A DNA stretch of 64,000 nt from Dehalococcoidia bacterium (GCA_030605765.1 JAUWHP010000033.1:7812-71811), one strand, 5' to 3'. Positions 48,910 to 59,115 are shown, counted from the first letter of the stretch. A program made the numbers and translations. Notes: generated by a model not told the origin, from the letters alone.

Positions 48910-49220
48910 AAAAATAATAAGCCTCTCGTCCAAGGGGCGAGAGGCTTAGCCTTCACGGTGCCACCCTATTTAGTCGTTCCTCAATCAATGGAGAGGATTA
49001 CAACCATCTTTTCTTCAGGTACAGAGCCAACTTATCCCTTTTGTGTCTCTATACCCTAGGTTATGATAACGCTACCCTTTGCGGCGAAACCTACTAAGTT
49101 ATGAACTTTTCAGCTTGCGGCTCCCGAGCCCATTCCAGCTTCACATAAGTATCGGCTCACACCTCACCCGACTCTCTGAACTCTGTTCTAAGCTGTACTA
49201 ATCTCGTTCTCAGCCTTTCT
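48910..49220 (-). ncRNA. T-box riboswitch (Trp specifier) with intrinsic terminator
   Basis: AGAGA and GGTGTGA stem I motifs, GAA-TGG specifier, AATAGGGTGGCACCGTG T-box, terminator AAGCCTCTCG...CGAGAGGCTT-ATTATTTTT. Confidence 0.93.
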
Positions 49221-49241
49221 CTATATTCAATTCTCCAGGGA

Positions 49242-49271
49242 ATGCTAGCATGGACAGCTTGAATTTGTCAA
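49242..49271 (-). promoter_or_regulatory. Promoter of T-box-trpB2
   Basis: TTGACA-18 bp-TAGCAT with extended TG. Confidence 0.65.
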
Positions 49272-49461
49272 TGTGCATGTGGCTCTATTGTTGATGTTCT
49301 ATACTGATTTGTGTAGAAAAATGGTAAGGTGGTAAGAACCCTAGAGCAAGGGAAATAAAAGAAAGGATGACTTAACCTGAGATGGCCCCCGAATTTTGGG
49401 CAGGTAGTTAAGCGAGGGTTCTGCTCATGGAATAAAATATAGGTAGAAGGAGGAGCAGGCA

Positions 49462-49668
49462 TTGAAACGCCCTGTATGCATTAAAGGGAGGCGGGCATGT
49501 CCACCTGAGGACTGCGGTGGTACAGGAGGTTACACTGACTTGCTTAGAATCATACGCAATCCACGAGATGAGCAATACGAGAGAATGATGCAATGGCTGG
49601 GAGGCAAGTTCGACCCTGAATATTTTGATCTGGATACGGTTAATCGAAAGTTGAAACGTATCAGGTGA
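49462..49668 (+). pseudogene. C-terminal fragment of plasmid pRiA4b ORF-3 family protein
   Basis: PVCIKGRRACPPEDCGG..GY, FDPE.FD motifs; N-terminal domain absent. Confidence 0.8.
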
Positions 49669-49711
49669 GGAATCTCCTGTAATTGACTATGTTGGCAGGC
49701 TCAGGGGAATA

Positions 49712-49747
49712 TCCTCACCTTAATCCTTTCCCTCACAGGGAGAGGAA
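49712..49747 (+). repeat. Degenerate CCCTCACC...CTCTCCC/GGGAGAGG-type palindromic repeat
   Basis: TCCTCACCTTAATCCTTTCCCT-CAC-AGGGAGAGGA hairpin. Confidence 0.45.
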
Positions 49748-49874
49748 CACAACCTGCTATCTCTTGTCCAAAGGTTTCCCCCTTTTTGCACCAGCCCATA
49801 TATGAATATTTGTTGAATCTCAGATTGGGCGATGCTAATATGATACTGCTAATAAGGAGCAGGCTTAAATAGGT

Positions 49875-50153
49875 ATGGTAAATTGGCAGGTAACCGCAAC
49901 TACTATTTATTGTGATGCGGTGGACGATGACGTAACGCTGTTGGTGTATAAAGATTGGTCAGTCAAATGTACTGGTTACAGTAAGTATGGTGAGCGGAGT
50001 AAGGACACAATTAGACTACTGAAGAAGGCCGGGCAGTTGAAGCGGCAACTGGGGTGTGCGGGCTTGGAATGCTACCGAGTGATTCAGTATAAGGAGAAGC
50101 TGTTTTCTGAGGAAGCGAAAAGAGGGACTCAGAGTGAACCAGTAGATGAATAA
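49875..50153 (+). CDS. Hypothetical protein with four Cys
   Basis: 92 aa; YCDAVDD, KCTGY, CAGLEC; TATGAT and AAGGAG upstream. Confidence 0.75.
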   Translation: MVNWQVTATTIYCDAVDDDVTLLVYKDWSVKCTGYSKYGERSKDTIRLLKKAGQLKRQLGCAGLECYRVIQYKEKLFSEEAKRGTQSEPVDE

Positions 50154-50187
50154 TTGCGCCTTCCCGAAATAGCTGAGCTGGCTAAAG

Positions 50188-51006
50188 ATGAGAAGTAGAA
50201 ATCAGGCAAAGATACGAATTGAGAACCTTTCGCTCTCCTTTCGTGGTGTGAAAGCTCTTGATGATGTCAGCCTCGACATAAGAGACAATGAGATCCTGGC
50301 GATTATAGGGCCGAATGGTGCTGGTAAGACTTGCCTGCTAAACTGTATAAACGGTTTTTACAAGCCACAAAAAGGTGAAATATATTATGAAGGCCAGAAT
50401 ATTACTCGGATTCGTCCTGATAAGGCAGCTCGTCTCGGCCTGGCCAGAACTTTCCAGAACATCGAGCTGTATACAGGGCTAAGCACCCTGGATAATATAA
50501 TGGCCGCCAGACACGTCCTTATGAGGCAGAATGTTCTTAGTGGAGCTCTGTATTTCGGCTGGGCTCGTGAGGAGGAAATTGAACATCGTAAGACAGTGGA
50601 AGACATCATCGATTTCCTGGAAATAGAGCCGATTAGAAAGAAAACCGTCGGCACCCTTCCCTATGGAATGCGTAAGAGGGTTGAGTTGGGTAGAGCCCTG
50701 GCTCTGGAACCGAAAATCCTGCTCCTTGATGAACCAATGGCAGGAATGAATCTGGAAGAGAAAGAAGATATTGCCCGATTTATCATTGATATATTTGAGG
50801 GACAGGGGGATACATACAGGGAGGCGGCAGTTCTGAGGGATGGTGTTACTTGCATTGTTCTAATCGAGCATGATATGGGAGTAGTTATGGATTTAGCCGA
50901 TAGGATTGTAGTCCTCGATTTTGGACGGAAGATTGCTGAAGGTACTCCAGATGAAATTAGAACCAATCCGCAAGTTATCTCCGCCTATCTGGGAAAGGAG
51001 GAATAG
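50188..51006 (+). CDS. HAAT-family ABC ATP-binding protein (LivG-like)
   Basis: GPNGAGKT, ARTFQN, LPYG, LLDEP, IEHDM, AYLG. Confidence 0.95.
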   Translation: MRSRNQAKIRIENLSLSFRGVKALDDVSLDIRDNEILAIIGPNGAGKTCLLNCINGFYKPQKGEIYYEGQNITRIRPDKAARLGLARTFQNIELYTGLSTLDNIMAARHVLMRQNVLSGALYFGWAREEEIEHRKTVEDIIDFLEIEPIRKKTVGTLPYGMRKRVELGRALALEPKILLLDEPMAGMNLEEKEDIARFIIDIFEGQGDTYREAAVLRDGVTCIVLIEHDMGVVMDLADRIVVLDFGRKIAEGTPDEIRTNPQVISAYLGKEE

Positions 51007-51023
51007 TCGCAAATGTGTCTGGC

Positions 51024-52310
51024 TTACTTCCAGGTTCTTTCATCTATTAGCTTTTGATGCTCGTCCGGGATGCTCCCCTTCTCCACAAATTCGATCCTAT
51101 CTATCTTAACTCGACACAGGTTCTGGAATCTCTTATTCAAATCATCAGCTAGTTTTTCTCTGTCTATGGTTTCATCCTTCAACTCAATCTTAAGAGTCAT
51201 TTCGTCCCGTTGCTCCCTACGTCTGATCACTATTTGGAATTGGGAAATCGGTTTTAAGTCAAGAATTGCCTGTTCGGCTTGTTTAGCAATGACAAACATA
51301 CCTCTCACTTTGATTGCATCACCAGTTCTGCCAAGAATTGCTGTCAGCCTGTTGGCTGTCCGGCCACATGGGCAGAGTGCGGTGGTATATGATGACATAT
51401 CACCAGTGCCGAAGCGGATAATGCCCCAAGCTTTATTATGAATCGGGGTTACCACTATTTCACCTATCTCCCCGGGACCTAGCTGTTTTCCTGTCTCGGG
51501 GTCAACTATCTCTACTATGTATTCATCCATAAGGTGCATGCCCGATTTCTGGCGGCATTCGTAGGCGATGGCACCACCTGGTTCGGTAACTGCATAAGCT
51601 TGTGTGGTGGCAATCTGGTAGTCTTCTTCCAGGGTTTTCCGCAGTGAGTCCGGGAGCATCTCACCAGTAAACCAGGCACGCTCAAGAGTAAAATCCCGCT
51701 GAAAATTATGTCCCATTTCCTCTGCTCTTTTAATGATGGTCATTAGGAAAGAGGGTGTGCCCACGAATCCCGTAACTTTCAAATCACGCATAGTCCTAAT
51801 CTGAATTTCAGTATTGCCTGTGCCTGTGGCGACAACAGTAGTCCCACAATCCCTCAAGGCTTCGTGGAATAGAATACCGGCCGGAGACAAATGGTAAGTG
51901 AATGTGTTAATGACCACATCTCCCTTTCTAAACCCGGCAGCACAAAATGATTTAGCAAACCATTTGATAGCCCCGGTATGGAGTGGCTCATAAATAGGGC
52001 CTGGTGAGATGAATACACGGTCAACATCTTCAGGCGGAATGGCAAGAAAGCCTCCATAGGGTGGTTTCTCCCTTTGTAACTCTATCAAGTCGGTTTTCCT
52101 GATGATGGGTAATCTTTCCAGGTCTCTTATTGTATGGATTTCGGGTGGATTGACTTTGGCCCCATCAAATATCTCCCTGGTAGCAGGAGCGTTGCGGTAA
52201 GCATGATCAACTGCCTCACATAATCTCTGATTTAAATACCCCTCTCTTGCCTCGGGAGCCATTGTCTCCAATTCGTCAAAGAATTTATCCTGATTACCTG
52301 CTATAGCCAT
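51024..52310 (-). CDS. Phenylacetate--CoA ligase (PaaK)-family protein
   Basis: SPGPIY, GTPSFL, IRFGTGD, CPCGRT, KVRGM. Confidence 0.9.
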   Translation of the reverse strand: MAIAGNQDKFFDELETMAPEAREGYLNQRLCEAVDHAYRNAPATREIFDGAKVNPPEIHTIRDLERLPIIRKTDLIELQREKPPYGGFLAIPPEDVDRVFISPGPIYEPLHTGAIKWFAKSFCAAGFRKGDVVINTFTYHLSPAGILFHEALRDCGTTVVATGTGNTEIQIRTMRDLKVTGFVGTPSFLMTIIKRAEEMGHNFQRDFTLERAWFTGEMLPDSLRKTLEEDYQIATTQAYAVTEPGGAIAYECRQKSGMHLMDEYIVEIVDPETGKQLGPGEIGEIVVTPIHNKAWGIIRFGTGDMSSYTTALCPCGRTANRLTAILGRTGDAIKVRGMFVIAKQAEQAILDLKPISQFQIVIRRREQRDEMTLKIELKDETIDREKLADDLNKRFQNLCRVKIDRIEFVEKGSIPDEHQKLIDERTWK

Positions 52311-53092
52311 CGTTTTCGCCTCTTATAGTGTTTTACTTCTCGGTAGCTTTTCTTCTTGCCCATGGCAGATAGCCCTATATAAAATTCCTTCACATCCTCA
52401 TTATTCTTCAGGAAATCGGCTGTACCGTCGAGCACAACCCGACCGTTTTCCATAACATAACCATATTGGGCGATACTTAGGGCAATTCTGACATTCTGCT
52501 CGACAAGGAGAACTGACGTTTTGTGTTCAATATTAAACCGCTCGATAATATGGTATATTTCTTCAACTAGCCGCGGTGCCAGGCCCAGTGATGGTTCGTC
52601 AAGCATCATTAGCTTGGGCGTAGCCATCATAGCCCTGCCGATGACCAGCATTTGCTGCTCGCCTCCGGAAAGATAGCCAGCAGTATTATGCCGACGGTCC
52701 TTGAGTAGCGGGAAGTAGCCATAAACCATGTCCAGGTCTTCTTTGACAGCACGACGGTCGCTGCGCTGATAAGCCCCCACCAGCAAATTTTCCTCTGTAG
52801 TGAGATGTTCGAAGACCCTACGTCCCTCGAGTGCTTGTATAATACCTAGTTTACCTATTTCTTCGGCGCTTTTTCCATCTATTCTTTTGCCGTTCCACTC
52901 GATGTTGCCATCAGTTACCTCGCCCTCCTCAACATGGAGTAGTCCCGATATTGCCTTGAGAGTGGTGCTTTTACCGGCGCCATTGGCCCCGAGTATGGCA
53001 ACAACTGAGCCTTCCTCTACATTTAGGGAAACGCCATGGAGCACCCGTATAGCATTAAGATAGGCAACCTCTACATTATTCAGTTTGAGCAT
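52301..53092 (-). CDS. HAAT-family ABC ATP-binding protein (LivF-like)
   Basis: GANGAGKST, LSGGEQQM, DEPSLGLAP, VEQN. Confidence 0.95.
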   Translation of the reverse strand: MLKLNNVEVAYLNAIRVLHGVSLNVEEGSVVAILGANGAGKSTTLKAISGLLHVEEGEVTDGNIEWNGKRIDGKSAEEIGKLGIIQALEGRRVFEHLTTEENLLVGAYQRSDRRAVKEDLDMVYGYFPLLKDRRHNTAGYLSGGEQQMLVIGRAMMATPKLMMLDEPSLGLAPRLVEEIYHIIERFNIEHKTSVLLVEQNVRIALSIAQYGYVMENGRVVLDGTADFLKNNEDVKEFYIGLSAMGKKKSYREVKHYKRRKRWL

Positions 53093-53149
53093 AGAAAACC
53101 TTCTGTTGGCAGGAGCCTCTGCTGCCGACAGAGGCTCCCGACTGAATCA

Positions 53150-54400
53150 CTATTTGCCGAACCATTCAAAATCTTCGTATTTTATCAGTGGTGCCTCTAC
53201 CCAGTCGCTAATGGGTACGATTGCGCCACCCTGTATTTGGAAAACTCTGTTCGATTTGCTTAATCGGTTGTCACCCGGGGTATAGCTTACCGGGCCATGC
53301 AGGCCACCAACATCAAAGTTGTCTAGCTTCTTGAAGCCATATTCCTCGGCTGCTTGTGGGGTGAGGTTGTCGACACCCACATTCTCGATTGCCAGTCTTA
53401 GAATCTCAGCCACGATTAGACCCTCTGCCCACGAGGTGATATAGTCCATGTTGCCATAATCCTCGGGGTGATATTTCTGACAGTATTCGGTCATCTTGGC
53501 CATAGCCGGCACGTTATCGCCCCAATTCACGGTAGGGAAGACACCGTAGACACCTTCAGCATTAGTTCCAGCCAGGTCAACAAGAACGCTGGTGAAGCTA
53601 GCATGACCACAAGCAATAGTGATATCTGGATACATACCCAATTCGACGGCGTTCTTGATGATGATAGAAGTAGGCTGTGGGGTGCTGGATATGTACAGGA
53701 TATCAGGATTCAGTGCCTTAATCCTGGTCAGGCTTTCTATCTCAGATATAGTTGTGGCGGTATGCTCGTCAATAGACACGATCTCAATACCTAGTTCATC
53801 GGCTAAGGCCTGAGCCGCATCTCTGGCTCCATAACCGGTAGGGTTGTTCAGGAGGTGTAGTGCCATCTTGGCTTTTCCTGTGCCCTGCCAGATATTCTCC
53901 AGGTAGTATCTGGCAAAGGCGGCCCAGTCATCGCCATAATCAGGCATCTGTCCATAGATATGCTGTGGTGGATGAGTGAGTGCTGGAGCACTGAAGACGG
54001 TGAAGCCAGCAAACTCAGCGCGATTGGCGACCTCCATAGATGCCCCCATCATTTTGGAAGAGTTAGTGGTGAAGAACAAACAGCCCTTGCTTATTAGCTC
54101 GTTAATGATGGTGGTTGCCTTTGCGGCATCATATTGATTGTCACGCCATATCACCTCAATCTGATGTCCGGCGACTCCGCCTAGTTCCTCATTAATGTAT
54201 TTCATACAGTCCAGTTTAGCATTACCCATGGGACGTCCCTTTTCAGCAGCAACCCCCGTGTAACAAATACTGAAGCCCACCTTTACCTTATTGCCACTAT
54301 CAGCACCACCGGCACAACCGCCGCTCAGTAGTGGAATTATGGCTATGATTAGTGCCAGGCATATAACTACTGCTACTTTCAATGTTTTCTTGAAATTCAT
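53150..54400 (-). CDS. HAAT-family ABC substrate-binding lipoprotein
   Basis: Signal with LSGGC lipobox; INEELGGVAG, periplasmic binding protein fold. Confidence 0.9.
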   Translation of the reverse strand: MNFKKTLKVAVVICLALIIAIIPLLSGGCAGGADSGNKVKVGFSICYTGVAAEKGRPMGNAKLDCMKYINEELGGVAGHQIEVIWRDNQYDAAKATTIINELISKGCLFFTTNSSKMMGASMEVANRAEFAGFTVFSAPALTHPPQHIYGQMPDYGDDWAAFARYYLENIWQGTGKAKMALHLLNNPTGYGARDAAQALADELGIEIVSIDEHTATTISEIESLTRIKALNPDILYISSTPQPTSIIIKNAVELGMYPDITIACGHASFTSVLVDLAGTNAEGVYGVFPTVNWGDNVPAMAKMTEYCQKYHPEDYGNMDYITSWAEGLIVAEILRLAIENVGVDNLTPQAAEEYGFKKLDNFDVGGLHGPVSYTPGDNRLSKSNRVFQIQGGAIVPISDWVEAPLIKYEDFEWFGK

Positions 54401-54477
54401 CTATGATTCCTCCTTCTTTTAGTCTAATCCACAAGGTCTTTGGGCGGTATTACATTCTCCTATCCTCCTTACTCAGA

Positions 54478-55536
54478 CTAATATGAGAATGGCCAAAGCC
54501 GGTAGGAAGTTCTAAACAGCGCCCACCGGTGTGCCAGCCCGCGGGGCTCCAGTATCAGGAACAGGACAATTACCAGACCAAATACCATTGGTCCGATGCC
54601 GGTGGTAAACCCGGCAGGCAAATCCAGAAAGCTGCCTTCCAGCATCGGTGAGATGAACATTACTCCCTGCTGCAGCATCCGAATAGAAATGACGCCAAAA
54701 ATGGGACCGACAGCAGTGCCTGAGCCGCCGATGATTATCATGCCAATGTACAAAATTGAGTCCATGAAGGTGAAATTCTCCGCGTTCATAAAGCCCGTCC
54801 AGTGGGCAAGTAGTGAACCGGCAATTCCGGCCAGGAAACAGCCAACGAAGAACGCCATGAATTTATAGCGAAAGAGGTTAATCCCCATCACCTCGGCGGC
54901 CAGATCATTATCCCTGATGGCAACAAAGGCTCTACCTACCCTTGTCCTTGCCAGGTTCTTGGCAAAGAAAACTGTCAGCGCCGTGATTGCCATGATTAGA
55001 TAGAACTGACTGGCCTGGCTAACGAAGGTAATGCCACCGATTGAAGCCGGTGGTACTCTTATGCCAGTAAAACCGCCGGTTACACCAGTCCAGTGATTGA
55101 TGACCCAGATGATGATAAACTGGGCAGCAATAGTGGAGATTGCCAGGTAAAAGCCCTTGACGCGCATTGAAGGAATGCCAAAGACAAGTCCGATGAGCCC
55201 GGCAACAAGCCCGGCAGCGATTAGCCCTACCAGGAAGGGCCATTCAAATCGGTTAGTTAACACGGCAGAGGTATAGGCACCCACGGCAATGAAGCCAGCA
55301 TGGCCGATGGATAACTGCCCGCAGTAACCAGTCAGAATATTCAGCCCGGTGGCAGCAACTATAGTGATGCCAATCAGGTTAGCGACACCCAACCAGTAGT
55401 TTCCCCAATATAGTGGCGCGGTGAACACGAAGACTAGTAGAGATAAGAGCAATGCCCAGTGGGCTCTGGTTCGAAAAATAGCCATATCTTTGGCGTAAGA
55501 ATAATTACGAGTGCCAGCGGGTAAATCTACATTCAC
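54478..55536 (-). CDS. HAAT ABC permease (LivM-like)
   Basis: GLNILTGYCGQLSIGH, GRAFVAIRDND. Confidence 0.95.
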   Translation of the reverse strand: MNVDLPAGTRNYSYAKDMAIFRTRAHWALLLSLLVFVFTAPLYWGNYWLGVANLIGITIVAATGLNILTGYCGQLSIGHAGFIAVGAYTSAVLTNRFEWPFLVGLIAAGLVAGLIGLVFGIPSMRVKGFYLAISTIAAQFIIIWVINHWTGVTGGFTGIRVPPASIGGITFVSQASQFYLIMAITALTVFFAKNLARTRVGRAFVAIRDNDLAAEVMGINLFRYKFMAFFVGCFLAGIAGSLLAHWTGFMNAENFTFMDSILYIGMIIIGGSGTAVGPIFGVISIRMLQQGVMFISPMLEGSFLDLPAGFTTGIGPMVFGLVIVLFLILEPRGLAHRWALFRTSYRLWPFSY

Positions 55537-55540
55537 TTGG

Positions 55541-56425
55541 CTAAATCCTCTCTATACGGGGCTCTCCAAATAGCCCATAAGGCTTCACGAACATAACGAT
55601 TATGATAATAATAAATGGGATAACCTCTCTGATGCCTGGCCAGGTTAATGGGGTTAGATAGCCGCCGCCAAGGCTTTCGGCCAGGCCAATTATGGGTCCG
55701 GCCAGGATAGCGCCGAGGAAGGAATCAAGGCCACCGAGTATCACTACCGAGAAGGCCTTGAGCCCGGTTTCAGCCAGGCCAAAAGTTATGCCGCCAATGC
55801 TGGACATAAGTATGCCGCCAATGGCGGCCAGCATACAGGCAAGCATCCATGACCTGGAAAAAATTTTGGTTACTGGAATACCACAGGCCTGGATTGCTAA
55901 CTGGTCATCGGCAGTCGCCCTCATTACGACACCCATTTTGTTGTATTTGAAGTACAAGGATAGGAGAATAAATAGAACCAGGGATATAGCTGCTGCCCAG
56001 AGGTATTCTTGTGACACAACCGCTGTGCCTATGCGGACAACCTCTTGTGGGAAGATGCGAGGTAAAGCAGCTACACTTTTAGGCCAGATAAAACTCACCG
56101 CGCCTTCAATAAAATAGGCCACCCCCAGTGTAACTGTGATTAAGGACAAGATAGGCTGGGCAATAAGTGGACGCAGGATAAATCGCTCAATCATCCAGCC
56201 GAGAGCCAGGGAGAAGAGGATAACCAGTGGAAAGCCAAGCCACAGGGGAAGGCCAGCCTGAACCAGCATTCCATAGGTGAACCATGAAGAAAGCAGCACC
56301 AGTTGCCCCAATGCTAGATTGGCAACGCCGCTGGATTTCCATATCAAAACAAAGCCCAGAGCAATTAGGGAGTAGACCATGCCTACCGTTACTCCGGTAA
56401 TCGCAAATTGGAGAAGCTCATCCAT
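55541..56425 (-). CDS. HAAT ABC permease (LivH-like)
   Basis: YSLIALGF, MRATADD, LGGLDS, KPYGLFG. Confidence 0.95.
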   Translation of the reverse strand: MDELLQFAITGVTVGMVYSLIALGFVLIWKSSGVANLALGQLVLLSSWFTYGMLVQAGLPLWLGFPLVILFSLALGWMIERFILRPLIAQPILSLITVTLGVAYFIEGAVSFIWPKSVAALPRIFPQEVVRIGTAVVSQEYLWAAAISLVLFILLSLYFKYNKMGVVMRATADDQLAIQACGIPVTKIFSRSWMLACMLAAIGGILMSSIGGITFGLAETGLKAFSVVILGGLDSFLGAILAGPIIGLAESLGGGYLTPLTWPGIREVIPFIIIIIVMFVKPYGLFGEPRIERI

Positions 56426-58361
56426 TTTCTATCAGTCCTTCCTGTACCGACCTTACCTTAATGCCAGTTGTTACTATACCTTTCCTGCCATCTCTATAGG
56501 TTACCGCAGCTTCAACCTTTATCTCTTTTCCATCATTATACATGCTCTCTATTAAGTGTCCATATCGCTCTTTGATAAAATCCCTTCTTAACTTCCTGGT
56601 TCTGGTAAGTTCAGCTTCATCAGGGTCAAACTCTTTGTGCAGCAAGACAAATTTCCTCACTCTGGTTGGCTCAGGCAGATAGCTGTTTACGCGCACCACA
56701 TCCTTTTGCACCAGGTCAGCAACTTCTTTTTTCTGGGACAGGTCAGCAAAAGTGGTATAGGGCAGCCGACTATGTTCTGCCCACTTGCCTACCATGGTGA
56801 AATCGATGTTTATTATGGCTGAGACAAAATCTTTATCTTTACCGCCTATGACCATAGCATCCTTAATATACGGGCTGAATCTTAGTCTGCCCTCAATATA
56901 TTGGGGAGCGTATTTGACCCCTGAACTTAGCTCACTCATATGGTTCAGTCGGTCCAGGAATATCAGATGCCCTTTTGCATCAATATTGACTGCATCCCCA
57001 GTATGGCACCAGCCATCTATCAAGACAGCAGCAGTTTTTTCTGGGTCCTTATGATAACCAGCAAACATAGAATCACTTCTAACCAGGAGCTCTCCTTCAT
57101 CAGTTATCCTGGCCTCAGTGTCAAGTGCTGGTCGCCCTACACTTTCAAAATTGATTTCCCCTTTACTGTGTGAAGAGATGAAGCCAGCTTCCGTACTAGC
57201 GTAATTCTGTCTTAACTCAATGCCTATGGCATGAATTAGCCGGAAGGTGTCCAGGCTCAATGTAGAACTTCCGGTGACAGCAAACCTGAGTTTACTCAGT
57301 CCTAGTTTATCCTTGAGTGGTCTGAATAGAAATAAATCGGCGATGCCGTGAAGAGCTCGCCAGAACAGGTTCGGAGTTTTACCCTGGAAATCGATATCTG
57401 CAATTTTATGCCCCACCGGCAGAAATAGGTTATAGCAAAAGCGTTTTAAGGGGTTCGCATCGATCATCTTCACCTGGATTTCACTAACCAGGTTTTCCCA
57501 TTGCCGCGGACCATATATCACGAAGTTGGGGCCGGTTTCACGAGTATCCCCGATAATGGTTTCAGGCTCCTCAGGAAAGTTCAGTCTGGCGCCAGTCAAT
57601 AGATGGGGAATAGTAGCGAAAAAGCTGTCACCTACCCAGGCAATCGGGAAGTTGGACACTAAATCATCGGTTTCGTTTAAGGGATAACGACTGAGGAACC
57701 CTCGAGCCGTATTTATTAAAGCTCGATGGGTAAGTCTAGCGCCCTTAGGCAAACCAGTGGTTCCTGAGGTATAGTAAATGAAGGCGATGTCATCTTCTCG
57801 GCCTTTCTCTACATTTTGCTCAAACAAACCGGCATGTGTTTCCTCGTATTCTTTGCCCAGCTTCATTACTGTGGTCAAGCTGATAAGAATGGGTTCATCA
57901 TAGTTCTTCAGGCCCTTGGGATCCCAGTAAATGACCTTCTTAAGTAAAGGTAGTTCATCCTTGATTTCCAAAAACTTATCAGCCTGCTCCTGATCGTTAA
58001 CCAGGGCAAATTTGGCATCAGAGTGAGTAGCAATGTATTTCACCTCAGAAGGAATACAGTCAACAAAGATCCCAGTAACAATACCTCCGGCTGCCTGAGT
58101 GGCAAATTCTCCCCATAACCATTCCGGTTCATTGTCTCCAATAATGCAAACCACATCTCCTTGTTCCAATCCTAGGCTTATCAGGCCGAGCGAGATGTAT
58201 TTTACGTTTTCATAGTAATCCTTCCAGCTATACCTTTGCCAGATACCGAACTTTTTCATGCACATGGCCGTCCACTCGCCCCATTTTGCATAGTTACCTT
58301 GAATGACCTGGGGAAGTGTATTCCCATTTTCCCTCGCCATCGTTTTCATCTTGTTATCCAT
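56418..58361 (-). CDS. Long-chain acyl-CoA synthetase-like AMP-binding protein
   Basis: YTSGTTGLPKG, YASTE, HTGD, ELTRTRKLRR. Confidence 0.93.
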   Translation of the reverse strand: MDNKMKTMARENGNTLPQVIQGNYAKWGEWTAMCMKKFGIWQRYSWKDYYENVKYISLGLISLGLEQGDVVCIIGDNEPEWLWGEFATQAAGGIVTGIFVDCIPSEVKYIATHSDAKFALVNDQEQADKFLEIKDELPLLKKVIYWDPKGLKNYDEPILISLTTVMKLGKEYEETHAGLFEQNVEKGREDDIAFIYYTSGTTGLPKGARLTHRALINTARGFLSRYPLNETDDLVSNFPIAWVGDSFFATIPHLLTGARLNFPEEPETIIGDTRETGPNFVIYGPRQWENLVSEIQVKMIDANPLKRFCYNLFLPVGHKIADIDFQGKTPNLFWRALHGIADLFLFRPLKDKLGLSKLRFAVTGSSTLSLDTFRLIHAIGIELRQNYASTEAGFISSHSKGEINFESVGRPALDTEARITDEGELLVRSDSMFAGYHKDPEKTAAVLIDGWCHTGDAVNIDAKGHLIFLDRLNHMSELSSGVKYAPQYIEGRLRFSPYIKDAMVIGGKDKDFVSAIINIDFTMVGKWAEHSRLPYTTFADLSQKKEVADLVQKDVVRVNSYLPEPTRVRKFVLLHKEFDPDEAELTRTRKLRRDFIKERYGHLIESMYNDGKEIKVEAAVTYRDGRKGIVTTGIKVRSVQEGLIENG

Positions 58362-58476
58362 GCGTTCGTTTATGAAACGCTATTTAATAAAAGAGGGTAC
58401 CTCTCGCTTAGAGGCGCCCTTCATCAGATTACCGAATCAAAATTATTTACTTACATAAATACACGTCAAGTCCTCT

Positions 58477-58496
58477 AAGCGCACCCGGGTGCGCTT
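58477..58496. promoter_or_regulatory. Perfect 20-bp palindrome upstream of the acyl-CoA synthetase promoter
   Basis: AAGCGCACCCGGGTGCGCTT, 7 bp upstream of minus-strand TTGACG (58464-58469). Confidence 0.55.
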
Positions 58497-58683
58497 GGTA
58501 AAGACGAATTCAAATCCACCTCTTCTATGAAAATCAGTCAACATCGCGGTAGTATGCTCATTCACTAACTTAATAATAGATATCCTATCATAACCAAAAT
58601 CATTCTGTCAAAACAAAGAGTAACAGTAACGCTGGCTATCAGGTGACTCTTTTAGCTTTTGGCATACTATAGTTGAGCGGCAG

Positions 58684-59115
58684 TCAATGATTGAGCCTGG
58701 CCATGGGAATGGTTGTACCTGTGGCCTTGGCTATGATCTTGCCCTTCTGGTTAGTCACCGTCATTTCGGAGATACCAACCCTTCGGCCGCTCTTCAGCAC
58801 CCAGCACTCAGCGGTGAGTTCGTCACCGATGCTAGCACCGGCTAGAAAGTGAATGTTGAACTGGGAAGCTATGCTAGGATGAGTTAGAGAATTGGATGCA
58901 TAGGCAAATGCCTGATCAGCCACTGCCATAATGATACCACCGAAGATTAGCCCATTAAAATTTTGGTATTCAGGCACTAATTTCATCGTCACCTTGGCAT
59001 GGCCCTGGGATAGCTCCAGCAAGTGCATTTCAAGAAGAGAGGCAATGGGCTCTCCGTCTACTTTGGCTTTCAATTCTGCTAGAGCATGAGATGCTTCGTT
59101 TCCTTGTCCTGACAT
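58684..59115 (-). CDS. PaaI-family thioesterase
   Basis: AAGGAG RBS before ATG 59115; N.NG.IFGG..MAVAD hotdog motif. Confidence 0.9.
   Translation of the reverse strand: MSGQGNEASHALAELKAKVDGEPIASLLEMHLLELSQGHAKVTMKLVPEYQNFNGLIFGGIIMAVADQAFAYASNSLTHPSIASQFNIHFLAGASIGDELTAECWVLKSGRRVGISEMTVTNQKGKIIAKATGTTIPMARLNH

Noticed and set aside
48784..49059. 91-aa plus-strand ORF
   Set aside because: Antisense to the T-box leader; no protein features
58545..58566. FadR/YsiA-type operator
   Set aside because: Only a TCATTCA half-site; no symmetric partner
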